Source: Octopus vulgaris (lineage: Eukaryota). From it: a DNA stretch of 64,000 nt. The position numbers and the translations under genes were made by a program. The notes beneath the pieces are model-generated. The model was given only the letters and a program-made list of their open reading frames with translations. It did no database searches and was not told where the DNA came from. Of this stretch, positions 28,305 to 41,410 are shown in pieces (positions within the stretch are counted from its first letter, which is position 1; each line of letters begins with the position of its first letter). The DNA is taken from the NCBI GenBank assembly GCA_951406725.2, contig OX597820.1:23374001-23438000 (forward strand), given 5' to 3'.

Positions 28305-29471
28305 CCAACAACAAACAAGATGAGGATAAATATCCGTCAAATGTAAATAACATAAATAAAAAAATGGGTGATTAAATAACTACAAAATGAATACCCTCCA
28401 AATGCAGTTGTGTTTGAAGTGTTGATATCACTCATGGAGCCTCTATGTCCTCTGTGTAGCCACTTAACCTGATTGAAATAACAACCAAATCTCTCATAAA
28501 TCACACCAACTGTCTTCAATAAAAGGGTAGGATATATCAAATGATGTAATACTACAATAGGAAGTACCTCTCCTGTACACTTTCTAGAGTGAATGGTGAG
28601 TGAGCAGAGGTCCCTTAGTGCTGGTACCATAAAAATTACACCCAATACAGACTGTAATATGGATGAAAGATGAGCAAAGAAAGCACAGGCTGGTGATGTA
28701 CCTATAGTCTTGTCATGCTGAGCACTTATCAATCTCTCTAGGGCTGGTGCTATAAGAAAATGCACCCAATACACACTGTCAAGTGGTTGATGATAGGAAG
28801 AATATCCAACTGTAGAAATAAAGCCAAAATACATTCATGAACACAAGTCTATTTGAGAAGAGGCTCTCAATAAGACAGGGCTCAAATTGTGATGACTCAT
28901 CTAATCCATGCCGACATAGAAAGCAAATGTACAATAAGGACGAAGATGAGGAGTCCTAGATACCTCTAAAAAGAATGGATGGTCATGGCTGGAATAGAAT
29001 ACCTATGATTATTGGTTTCTGAATATTGGGATTTAAAAACTAGAAGCTATATGTATTACCTACATACATGCTGAGATACAAAAAATACATGAATGTTTTC
29101 CTTGTAATAAAAATCTGTATTTTCTAATCTAAGATGCACTTCGAAACAAAATCAGTAAACCTATTTCACATAAAGAAATAGGACATCCTGTTACTAATTA
29201 TTTTCATAATAGGAGCAACTACAATCCAAATTCAAGACTTTGTTGAATCAACTATTTCATATTTAAAATTCATACTCATGTTTAAGATATAAATATTTTT
29301 GTTCGTTTTTTGCATACAAGTTAATTTTATGTAGCGTGTCACGGAGGGTTCTCAATGATAAGCTGTTGGATCTATTTATAAGAGCTGAAACCCGAGAGGT
29401 TAGTGACACAAACCAATCTGTAAAAAACAAACAAAAAAAAGGACAAAAATCCCCATACCTCAGGTAACTAA

Positions 29472-29785
29472 TATCATCATCATCGTTTAACGTCCGCTTT
29501 CCATGCTAGCATGGGTTGGACAGTTCAACTGGGGTCTGGGAAGCCAGAAGGCTGCATCAGGCCCAGTCTGATCTGGCAGTGTTTCTACAGCTGGATGCCC
29601 TTCCTAATGCCAACCACTCCATGAGTGTAGTGGGTGCTTTTTACGTGTCACCGGCACAGGTGCCAGACGAGGCTGGCAAGCGGCCACGATCGGATGGTGC
29701 TTTTTACGTGCCACCGGCACGGAGACCAGATGAAGCTGGCAACGACCACGAATCGGATGGTGCTTTTTACGTGCCACCGGCACGT
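29472..29785 (-). mobile_element. Young RTE-like LINE 3' UTR fragment
   Basis: (CAT)n tail; ~62-bp internal subrepeats ggtgctttttacgtgccaccggcac; CpGs retained. Confidence 0.8.
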
Positions 29786-29914
29786 AATATATTTGAGAAA
29801 ATAATGTTTGCTGCTACAAAATAAAGTACTAAACATTTAAGTGATATTTTGTCATATATATCCTCTGCAGTAAGAAATCTGTTTCTACCCCTTTTTGCAT
29901 ACTTTAACCTCTCA

Positions 29915-29951
<37 letters not shown>

Positions 29952-32253
29952 GAAATTATTGTGTGTAGTGCTCAGGTGCACAACAGCTTATCAAAGGTGC
30001 ATGTACAGTACATAGAATTATGTACAAATGTCAGGAAAGTAGAACAGTATACGAATCATGTACATGTGTGCATGCGTTTGGTGTGTGTGGGGGGATATCA
30101 GGTGTAGTATTGGCGAATTTCAGGAAGCATGCAGGTAGTTTGTTCCACGCTTCAGCAACTCTGAGTGCAAAAAATTGTTTCTGAAAGTCATGGAAGCTGT
30201 GCTGTTTTCTGACTTTGCAACACTGTACAGGTTAACAAATGCAGACACGTGTACACACACACAAATATTATTATTATTAAGGTGATGAGTTGGCAGAATT
30301 GTTAGCTTGTTGGATAAAATGCTTAGCAGCATTTGTTCCAGTACATTATGCCTGGAGTTCAAATCCAACTGAGGTCAACAAAATAAAGTACCAGTCAAGC
30401 ATTGGAGTCAATATAATCAACTAACCCCCTGCAAAGGTCAATTTGGCCTATCATCCTTTCGGGGTTGACAAAACTAAGTACCCCACTGAAACTGTTGGTC
30501 TTGTGCCATAATTTCAAACTATTATACAACTACAAGTTATACATTATGATTTTAAATTTAAGTTACAATCTAGAAGAGAAAAAAAAAGACAGGTTTTCTC
30601 ACATACATATCTACTGCATTCCCTAATGACTGCAAAACTGATTACCCCAATGAGATCCTACAATATTCTCCTGCCAAACTAGTTCATATATAAACATTTT
30701 ACTGACATTAACTTACAATGCTACCTCTTGCCTTATCAGAAGTTTATACCCACTTTCATAGCCAATTAAACTGCCAGCAGATAGACTACCCTATTACTGT
30801 ACAATTTAACATAATAAAATGTTGCACTTAAATTTGATATTAGTGTTGAAAATTAATCCAAAGAATATGAATAATCACTAATTAAACATTAACAGTTAGG
30901 GTCTTTAAATATTAATTATAGAAGACATTTACAGACACTAATTTAGGGAGAAAAAGAGAGCAAGCACATAAGCTGGTTCACATAGTCCATTCTAGAGTGG
31001 TAACTTAATCCATCACTTTTGTTTTTTTAACACCATCATTTGGCTCCTTGGATCCTTCAGCAGAGTCCATTCTGTTGGAAACAGCTGGTCTAGGTCTCCA
31101 TGAATAATCCTGCAATGGACCAGCATCCTGTCCAGTGGGTAAATATAGTATACACCACAGAAACTGAGAAACCAGCCCTTATGAGTCTGTTGGGGTTTGA
31201 GAGGTTATAATCTGAACCACACAAATTATCTTATATCATGCTAGGTAAGCCTTACACAATTACAATCAACTCAGTTAAAAGTTAATTTTCAGAAAATTGG
31301 AAAGAACCCTTCTCCCGCCAATGAGTAAAATGATGCAATCAAACGTGTTCCAAAAGAAAAAAAAAAAATTTTAAACTCAATTATTATTAATCAACAGACT
31401 AAATCATATTTCTAAAATGAAGATTTGTGAAAAATGAAAAGAAAGTTAGATAACGATTACACAATCCTAATCATCAAGTTTTTAGTTTTTTGATTTGTTA
31501 TTTTTTTCATATTCAGATGTTTATCTTAAGTGTAGTCAAATCATTTGTATAATAAGTACAGTTCATTTCAAGGTCCAAAAACTGAAGCTTCTGTTGTATT
31601 GTTTGTTTGTTTAGTATTTATTTGTTGTAATATTTTCCTTAGGCATAAAGCAAACATTTATTTGCGAGACAAATGTAGTCTATAAAACCTATCCAAATAT
31701 ATTACGAGTACATTTATTTTATCGGCCCTGGAGGTATGAAAGGTGAAGTAGATCGATCTTGCTGTGATTTGAACTCAGAATGTAGAAAGTGGGTGGGTTA
31801 TTTGCTAGTTTAATACCCCTTGTAATGATATTTTCTTTAGAAACAAAGTGAAGATTTGTGAGATAGCTATATTCAATTAAAGTCATCTAAATATATTGAT
31901 GGTATAGGTGCTGGTATGCAGTTGCTCAATCAGCAAGAAATAGCAGCAAAATATCTCCCTCAAATCACATATTACCATCACTCTAATGATTCTGCAAATC
32001 CACTACCCTAATAATAATAACATCAACAATGATGATTTCTAATTCAAGCACAAGGCCAGTAATTTTGAAGAGAATGGGGTTAATCGATACCAGTCAACCT
32101 CGGTAATTGATTGGTACATTATTTCATCAAACCCAGAGGGATGAAACGCAAAGTTGACCCCAGGAGGATTTGAACTCAGAATCTGAAGTGCAAAAATAAT
32201 ACCACTGCACATTTTCTCCAAAATTCTAATGATTCTGCCAATCAACTATCCTA

Positions 32254-32522
32254 ATCATCATCATCATCATCATCGTTTAACGTCCGTTTTCCATGCTGGC
32301 ATGGGTTGGACTGTTTGGCTGGGGTCTGGGAAGCCAGGAGGCTGCACCAGGCTCCAGTCTGATATGGCAGTGTTTCTACAGCTGGATGCCCTTCCTAATG
32401 CCAACCACTCCATGAGTATAGTGGGTGCTTTTTCATACCATCGGCACAGGTGCCAAGGGAGGCTGGCAATAGCCACAATCAGTTGGTGCTTTTTACGTGC
32501 CACCGGCATGGAAGCCAGTCAA
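32254..32522 (-). mobile_element. RTE-like LINE 3' UTR fragment inserted next to a Nin-like SINE (32040-32245)
   Basis: Family match as above. Confidence 0.75.
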
Positions 32523-33544
32523 TAACAACAATAATTCTTTCCCATTTAGACAGGTCAGTAATTTTGAAGGTAGTAACTAGACAGTTACAATGACCTCAGT
32601 AGTTGACTGGTACTGTATTTTATTGCTCCTGTAAGGTGCAAAGTATTTGAACTGAGAATGTAAAGCACTCAAAGAAATGTCACGAAGCATTTTTTTATCT
32701 CAACAAGTCTGCTAGTTTATCATCTTAATACTACCACCACCAACAACAACTCTTTCTGATATAAGTACAAGGTTTGAAATTTGATGGGGGAGTAGTCGAT
32801 TACATTGACCCTAGTACTTGACTGGTACTCATTTTATTGATCCTAAAGCATGAAAGGCAAAGCCAACCTTAATTGTACAATGTGGTTCTCATCAATATAA
32901 TTTCGTAATTGTATACTTTCTTTCAATACTTTGAAATTTGATTGGTCAGCTTTTACCTTTGCCATTCCTCTTCAGCACAGTTAACACACTAAAAATGCAA
33001 AAGCTTAACTTTTCTTCTTGAAAATGTCATGCTTTATTAAAGTTACTGAGGCGTTTTCATTATTTCAAATATAGTTCACCATTTTATGGGGAACAGAGAC
33101 AACCAAACAGTGAATATATATCATTCTCAAGGTGGCAAGCTGGCAGAAATATAAGCAAACTGTATGACAGTGACTCACTTTTACAACTATCACATAATGT
33201 CAAGACAAGGAAATAATAACACACTCATGTACACACACACAACAGGCTTCTTTCAGTTTCCATCTACTAAATTTACTCAAAAGGTTTTGGGTGGCCCAGA
33301 ACTACAGTACAAGACACTTGTTCATGGTACTACACAGTGGAACTTAACCCAGAACCATGCGGGTAGGAGGAAAACTTTTCACCACACTGCCCTGTCTATA
33401 AATGGTGCCCTATTTTTTTTTTCGGTTCAGTTAAAATCAAGTACAAAATAGTACAATTTATATATGAGTAAATATGATAGTTATACTAACCATTAACATT
33501 TATAAAGAAGGAAAAGAGACTATGTGATACTGAAATATATATAT

Positions 33545-33730
33545 ATATTATATAAAAATCTGTTCTGTCTGTGCATGTCTTCTAGGATCTTGGGCATCCT
33601 CTATCTGATTGCGCTTGAATTTGATATGTAGTTACCGACGGTATCAGGGCATGTATAAGTCTTGAAAAAATTACAAAAATCGATTCCAGGTGAGAATGCG
33701 ATCGATAAAGTCGATTTTGTCCTGCTTATC
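33545..33730 (+). mobile_element. Helitron-like 5' fragment
   Basis: Starts tatataaaaatctgttctgtctgtgc, similar in style to the 5' end of 42819-43322; no CTAG end located. Confidence 0.4.
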
Positions 33731-34075
33731 TTCCGTCAACCTGTACATAACTGCACCTTCCATTTTTTGTTGTTTTTGTACTGCTTAAAGGCATGTTTCT
33801 TTCCTGCCAAAACCATGTTTGTGTTCTCCCAGTCAACAGCCTTATCATTACTGGTACTTTAAACTCTTCAGTTGCATATTTGTGTGAATAAAATCGTTTT
33901 TCTTTGGAATAGAAAAAAAGTCTATATTTCTTCTTTTGTTGGTGTCTCAAATTTAGGTTAAATCAGTGTTTCTCAAAGGGGAGGCCTATGGGACGGTCGG
34001 ACAAGTTGTTTTGAGAAAATTTGGTTTAAATGTTTGACAACTCAGCACCATCCATTGGATGGGGCAGTTTTGCTC

Positions 34076-34120
<45 letters not shown>

Positions 34121-34367
34121 GATATATTTGAGTGGCATATAGAAGTTATTGTCAAACAAAATGGAATTGCACCATGTAAGCAATGACAATAACCAGTTAT
34201 TTGTCAAATAGGGTGTGTACTGTGACTGCAATAAAACAATTTTGGCAAAAAATATATCATACTAAAAAAAGAAAAAAAGGTAACTTTGGTGTAATAAATT
34301 TGGAGAGAAAATAATTTATATTGTGATACTGTAAGATCAGATTTGTTACCACGCCCAAAATAAATGC

Positions 34368-34370
<3 letters not shown>

Positions 34371-34427
<57 letters not shown>

Positions 34428-34568
34428 ATGTATATATATATGTGTGTGTGTGTATGTATATATATATATATATATATGTGTGTGTGCGTGTGTATGTATA
34501 TATATATATGTGTGCGTGCGTGTGTATGTATATATATGTGTGTGTGTGTGTGTGTGTATGTATATATA

Positions 34569-34636
<68 letters not shown>

Positions 34637-34665
34637 GACATACATTCATTCATTCATTCATTCAT
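34371..34665. repeat. Compound (TA)n/(TG)n microsatellite plus (CATT)n
   Basis: Direct inspection. Confidence 0.95.
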
Positions 34666-35391
34666 TAAGTGAAACATCACTAGAATGACCCTGATCTATT
34701 TGTAGCCCACAATGTCGTGATCCAATTTGTCATGAAAGAGTGAGAAAGTGACGTCAACGCAAATGGATTCTTGACATGTGATGGGAAGTTAATTCAGTCT
34801 GAAAGTTTGAATTCTCAGCTACCCAAGTCCATCTCTTATCATAGTAGTTATTTCATGGATAAAACACATAAAATAGGGGTGGGTGGAATATGAATGATTA
34901 AATCCAACACTGCTGCTACTTATTATATTGATCCCCAAAGTCAGGCTCTAGCAAATCCAAATAGTGAAACATATATTTTCCAGAACTCCACTGTCCTATT
35001 ACATCATACTGTATCTTTTTTACACCTTTTTACTTGTTTCAGTCATTGGATTGCGGCCATACTGGAGCACTGCCCTGAAGAATTTCTTTTTTTAGTCAAA
35101 TGAATTGGCCCCAGGACTTATTTTTTAAAGCCTGGTACTTATTCTTGAAGAAATTTTAGTGGAATGGATCAATCCCAGTACTTTTTTTAAAAAAACAAAA
35201 AAACCTGGTACTTATTTCATCAATCACTTTCATTGAACTAATAAGTTACAGGGATGTAAACATTCCAACACAGGCTGTCAAGCAGTAGTGGGGAACAAAC
35301 ATACATATATATAGTATATATCAACAACATATATATAAACAAACTTATATTTGCTTCTTTTTTAGAAGCATTGAATGTGTATTGTATTATA

Positions 35392-35697
35392 CAGACAAGA
35401 AAGTAATATTTTGAATGCAGTACCACTGTGAAAACAGCAGAAAAATTAGGTATTATTACCCTTGCAAGATGGAAAAAAAGTTGTCAACAAAGACACAGGA
35501 CATGAACCTGCATCTCTTAAGAGACCAGCTGAGTATTTTACCATTGTGCTAAACTGCCTACTGACTAGTGTCAACAAACAGCCAGGGAACTGTGACTGTT
35601 TGTTGACAACTTTTTCCATTTTGCAAGGGTAATAAATACCCAATTTTTCTGCTGTTTTCATGGCATTATTGCATTCAAAATATTACTTTCTTGGTTG
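35392..35697. mobile_element. TA-flanked foldback MITE with ~105-bp arms and a tRNA-like loop
   Basis: Arms ~35392-35498 and ~35590-35697 are reverse complements with scattered mismatches; TA at 35390-91 and 35698-99; inserted in a CORE/OR-like SINE. Confidence 0.85.
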
Positions 35698-37851
35698 TAG
35701 AATATATATACACACGATGGGCTTCTTTCAGTTTTCATCTACCAAATCCACTCATAAAACTTTGGTCAGCTGGAGGCTACAGTAGAAGACATTTGCCCAA
35801 GTGTCTTGTTGCGCTTATGTTGAATCATGGTACAACATTTTTCCCCTTCATATTTTTAGCTTTGCCCTTTGTCCAAGTGGTACCTGAGTTTTTTTGGGGG
35901 GGTTTTTTCCATTTACAATCCAATATAAAATAATGCAACTTATATATGAATAAATACGTCAGTCATATTAATCATTAGTTACAAGGCTTAACATTTATAA
36001 AGAGGTGGGGAAAGAGATTACATGATATTTAAAACCTTTTACAAGGACATAGACACCATGACTGAAGTGAAATTTCAATTGCAAAAAGAATTCCAATTGG
36101 CTTATAGGAAGCTAGTTTTAGAATGACTCACCCAACCAATGAGAAAGATTTATTCAACTTGGCAAATAAAGTTGCGAATGGAAGAGAAGTACAAAGATGT
36201 GATGTTCTTGCTTTCTCCAAAAATATTAGCTGCCTTTGTGAAATGAAACAAAATTACTGACAGGAAAACAAAATGCAGATTCAGCTCTCTGGGCTGCATC
36301 TTTTTGTTTTGACTTAAATACATATCTTTTGTCTTTTTCTTGTTTCAGTTATTGGACTACAACTACTCTGGGGCACTACCTCAAAGGGTTTTAGCCCAAC
36401 AAATCAACCCCAATACTTTTTCATGTCTGGTACTTATTTTATCAGTCTTTTGATGAACTGATAAGTTACAGAGGGATGTAAACAAACCAATACAGTTGTC
36501 AAGTGGTGGTGGTGGAACAACAAAGAGATACACACACACACACACACACACATACATACAAACAGAGGCTTCCATACACTTTCTGTCAAGCAAATTCACT
36601 CACAAGGCATTGGTCAGCCTGGGGTCATGGTAGAACACACTTGCCTGAAATCATATGATTGCAAAGCAAGATCTTTAACCATTTAGCCAATACAAAATTC
36701 TAGGTAATTAATACAAGATGGGTATAGACATAGCCATGTGTGTGTGTGCATGTATAACAACACACATGTACAGATGTTGGGTGTAATGAAAAAGAGGAAA
36801 GTAGTAAACACATGCAATAGCATTTAATCTGCTCAACTCAACTTGTTATTGAATAATTCAAAGTGTGTCGAATTTATCACTTGGAGAAATGAATCTGGTC
36901 AAGGTTGAGTAATTGAAAATTAGCAAAGAAAATTGGAAAACAACATAGAAAGGTCAAATTATGGTCATGCTGATACATATCTACAAAAATAACTGTCAGG
37001 ACTTGGTAGAACACAAGTAAATTATGTGCAGACAAAATGTACTCTAATTAAAAATAATTACATTTTATTCTTGTTTTACAACATAATTCATACATGAGTA
37101 ACAGCCAGAATACAACTTTGTCAGAGTGATGTGAACTATCTAATCATCTTTAAAAGAATAACTGATGACTTGCATGGCGACTTTGTTGAAGGTGAAGAAG
37201 GGCTGCACACCATCAACCTCACTGTCATCCGTGACCATCTTCAATCCAGTGACAATGTCTGAGGATGGAGAAGGATATGTCTTACTTGCCTCATCTTACT
37301 CTCTGCACTCCACAATGCATTGCTGCTGCTGTTGCCTTCCCCTCTGTTGAAGCATGAAAGCTTCTTCTGCAGAGCCTGCCGTATCCAGTCTGCACATGCT
37401 AATTAACCCATAACTGGGACCCTCTGGGTCAGAGTAGAGAACTCCAAACCAAGACCCTGCTGCCAGAGGAAGTGTAAAGTCATACCCAGGACAGCATAGC
37501 CAAAATACATTACTACTGATGACATATTCAAATTTCATAATTCATCACACCTACCATTTAAATCCACCTGATTTCTTACAAATTTCAATCACTTAGTCTA
37601 TGCAATTAATTAAAAAAGATTGACAGCTGAGTTGCTTAATAAAAGACTTGATCTGAGGTTGTGTCTTGAAACTTAAAAGGAGAAGTCTTGCTAACCATTT
37701 AAAAATACACAAAACCAGCTACCTTCACTGACTAATCTCTTAAAATTATGAGAGTTATGAACATGCACTAACTGACACACAGACTCTCTCTCTCTGTCTC
37801 TCTCTCTCATACACACACAGTCATATTCATTTGTGTCCTTTCCTGATTTAA

Positions 37852-38306
37852 CCCCTTAGCATTTAAACTAGCCGTATCCAGCCAAAATACTCTTCCTGCT
37901 TTTTTTACATTCAAACTGGGCAGATCCAGACTTTCATGCCTACCCTACAATGTTAATCTAAAAAATTTACAATGACATCATTGAACTCTTGAATCTACAA
38001 CATAATGCATGATTAACCCTTTTGTTACAGTATTTATTTTGAGATTCTCTGTGTTTCTTTCAATTAATTTTCAATATAACAAAGAATTTAGTAAAATAAC
38101 TTAGTTCTCATTAAGCTGGTGTTAGGAACATAAATTGTGATTAAGGTTTGGTGGAAGATTTTAATTCAGAACTTTCGAAAACAAGACATCTATAGTACAG
38201 AGCCAGAGGCAACTTCAGCTGGGTTGGTAACGAAAGGGTTAATTCAAAAACGAATCTAACAAATAAGCATTATTACATTTGATAGAATAATTTGAAAGCT
38301 AAAGAA
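37852..38306. mobile_element. piggyBac-type MITE (family of 24230-24452) containing a second nested TTAA MITE at 38017-38238
   Basis: Outer TTAA|ccccttagc...ctaaagaa|TTAA; inner TTAA|cccttttgttac...gtaacgaaaggg|TTAA. Confidence 0.8.
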
Positions 38307-39011
38307 TTAAGATGATAGCTTTTGATTTAATCTTTTGGTTACCATATTTCTATCTTTGTTTCAGTTAATTTTTATGAAAATAAAAAATGCTTAAAAATAG
38401 CTTTGTCATTATTAAGCTCGTGTTTGAAACCATGAAATTTTGATGGAAGATTTCTAGGAAAATAGCAAGTTTTTATCATAGAAGAACAGGAGATAGTCTT
38501 AGGCAGGTTGGTATCAAAAGAGGTAAAGAAAACTTAGCTCCTACATCTAGCAAGTCACACATGCCTGCGTAAAGGTCTTCTCTCATTGGCTCAAAGTAAA
38601 TGCTTATTGCTGTCATGTAATCCCAGCTCAGTCATAGTTGAAAACTAAAGAAAGACATTCCAGCTATGACAATCTCATTGATTGTTAATCAGAAAATATA
38701 TTCTATACACCCTTTACTTATGGGTGTGACTTCTGGCTGCTATTCTTTGCAGGTTAAACAAAAACTGAATTATTCTAAGAACTTGCCATGCCCTGACATA
38801 CCTGATAGTAAGATTACTTGGTATTAGGAAGAGTATTTGCGGTATCTGCAATACATCTGTTCTATTCCTCAATATTTAATGTCTGTTTTCCATGCTGGCA
38901 TAGGTTCGATGGCTTGATAGGAATTGGCAGGGCCAGGGGCCACACCAGGTTCCATTGTCTATTTTGGCTGAATGTCCTTCCTAATGCCAACCACTTTACA
39001 GAGTGTATTAC

Positions 39012-39454
39012 GTGGAACTGGCACCTGCACCTCTTACATGGAACCGGCACCAGCGCCTCTTACGTGGAACCGGCACCAAGCGCCTCTTATGTGGAACTGG
39101 CACCAGTGCCTCTTACGTGGAACCGGCACCAGCGCCTCTTACGTGGAACCGGCACCAGCGCTTCTTACATGGAACCGGCACCAGCGCTTCTTAAGTGGAA
39201 CCGGCACCAGCGCTTCTTAAGTGGAACTGGCACCAGCGCTTCTTAAGTGGAACTGGCACCAGCGCTTCTTAAGTGGAACTGGCACCAGCGCTTCTTAAGT
39301 GGAACTGGCACCAGCGCTTCTTAAGTGGAAATGGCACCAGTGCTTCTTAAGTGGAACCAGCACTAGTGCTTCTTAAGTGGAACCAGCACTAGTGCTTCTT
39401 AAGTGGAACCAGTACCAGTGCTTTTTTACGTGAAACTAGCACCAGTGCTTTTGC
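39012..39454. repeat. 26-bp minisatellite, 17 copies (gtggaaccggcaccagcgcttcttaa), within a LINE 3' UTR copy
   Basis: Head-to-tail units counted directly; no spacers. Confidence 0.95.
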
Positions 39455-40380
39455 ATGGCACTTGGTTTCAGGACCACAATTCTGTTGTGGTGGGTAGGTC
39501 TTCTTGAGTACAGCAATGTGCAACATATCTCAGTCCTATTTGTCTAACAAAACTAAAACATATAAAGAAGGTGTAAAATTATAAAGAAACAAATCAAACC
39601 TATTAAATTTTGAATTACTTTTGAATTTGCAGTGAGGCTTTTCTGTTGTCATTTTTTTATATATTTCATTTGATATACAAGATATTCTCAGTTTAATGGT
39701 AGTCAATATATATTACTATGAGTTTATTTGCAGATAGTCAAAGTAGCTCAGAAGGATCAGATGGCAGAATTGTTAGGGTGATAGATATGATGCTTAGTGG
39801 CATTTCTTCCAGCTCTTTACACTCTAAATACAAATCCTGCTGAGGTCAGCTTCATCTTTCATCCTTTCTGGATTAATAGAATAAGTACAAGTTGAGCACT
39901 GGTGGGAAAGTGATGTAATTAACTCCCACCTCTAAAATTACTGGCTTTGTGCTAAGATCAGAAACAATTAGAGTTCTCTGTCTCGTGTGTATGTGCTTTT
40001 AACATTTTAAATGTCGGATAGTTTTTGCCACTTAACTGCATGAACAATCTCAGTAAATCAACATTTTCAATTCATTGTACTACATACATGGACCCCTACC
40101 ATATTTGCAATTATGCAGGATGCTTCTTTGGGATATTATCTACAGTCATATCTATAGAACAAGAGCATGGTGCAAATTACAGAGAAATTATTCCTTATTT
40201 CACCAAAGGTTCAAATATGGTTCCAGCATTAACAAATGCAATTCCAGAAAACATGTAGGTTACAAGCAAAATTATACCAAAACTAAACCAGAGATACAAT
40301 ATCCCAATCAATCACCACTGGGTACTATTTCTTCTCCTCTCACTACTACTAAATATGAACATTATAATTATTATTTTGTG

Positions 40381-40602
40381 GAGACACGTGGCTTAGTATC
40401 ATGATCATAAGATTGTGGTTTCGATTCCAGGACCAGGCAACACGTTGTGTTCTTGAGCAAAAACACTTCATTTCATGTTGCTCCAGTCCACTCAGCTGGC
40501 AAAAACGAGTAACGCTGTGATGAACTGGCGTCCTGTCCAGCTGGGGAACACATACGCCCAGGAAACCAGGCCCATGAGCCTGGCTAGGCTTTAAAAGGGC
40601 GT
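40381..40602 (+). mobile_element. tRNA-derived SINE, second family
   Basis: A-box-like tggcttagt, B box ggtttcgattcc; body matches 1-187. Confidence 0.75.
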
Positions 40603-41410
40603 ATTTATTATATTTTATTATTATTGACAATGGTATTTCTTTATCATTAATTTTCACTTGTTAAGTAACATTCCAGCAATCCTCTCTTACTAAGTTCCCA
40701 AATTTGAAGTGGTGTCAGATGACACAAATTTACTTTCATGCTGCTGTTGATGTTTGGCTTATGCAAAAATATAAAAAAAATATTTAAAAATTCCCATTAG
40801 ATCATTGTTATTGTTTTCTTTTTCAACCCAACCAAATTGCATTCAAGGAGGGTTATTCCACAACAGTTTAAGGATTGACCCAGAAACACAATTAATTGAT
40901 CTTCTGCCTTCCTCTATATCCCATCCTGTTACATCTAGCTAGCTATTAATCAACCAATCTGTACTGTACTATAGAATATATAGATGTATTATTAATCAAT
41001 GTTAAGTAGAGACAAATATACAGCACCTTGTCAATATTGTTTGTGGTCAGAAAAAGAAGGGTCAGCAGGAATAGTTTTGATCCTGTGTTGGTATTTTATT
41101 GACAACTAAGTAACAGTCCATGGAAATACATGCACTGCTTATAGAAACTGCATTATTCAAGGTCTGAATTGTGCACTGTTGGTAGCTTGATCAATCTTGT
41201 ACTATAATTCTGCTTGTTCTTGCATTACTCCGTGACACTTCCGTGTGATTAGTTAAAGGGGGATGGGAGGGATGAAAGGGGTGGAGGCAGATGGAATGGA
41301 TGGGGGTGGGAGGGAAGAGGAGAGAAATGGGCAAGGGGAGAGGTGGTGGTGAGTGAAATGTGAAATTTTTACAAAGCAGTGAAACAGGGGCCGTGACTAC
41401 TGAGGACATG

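Noticed and set aside
33726-33950. AVDW motif on the minus strand suggesting the missing RRM2 exon
   Set aside because: Context is SNDKAVDWENTN rather than GHxIAVDWAEPE, and there is no suitable donor.
37165-37538. GC-richer island with poly-Cys/poly-Gln ORFs
   Set aside because: Short (TGC)n run and stops in all frames; probably a decayed repeat, not assignable.
39012-39454. CRISPR-like regular repeat
   Set aside because: Units are contiguous with no unique spacers, there are no cas genes, and the context is eukaryotic.
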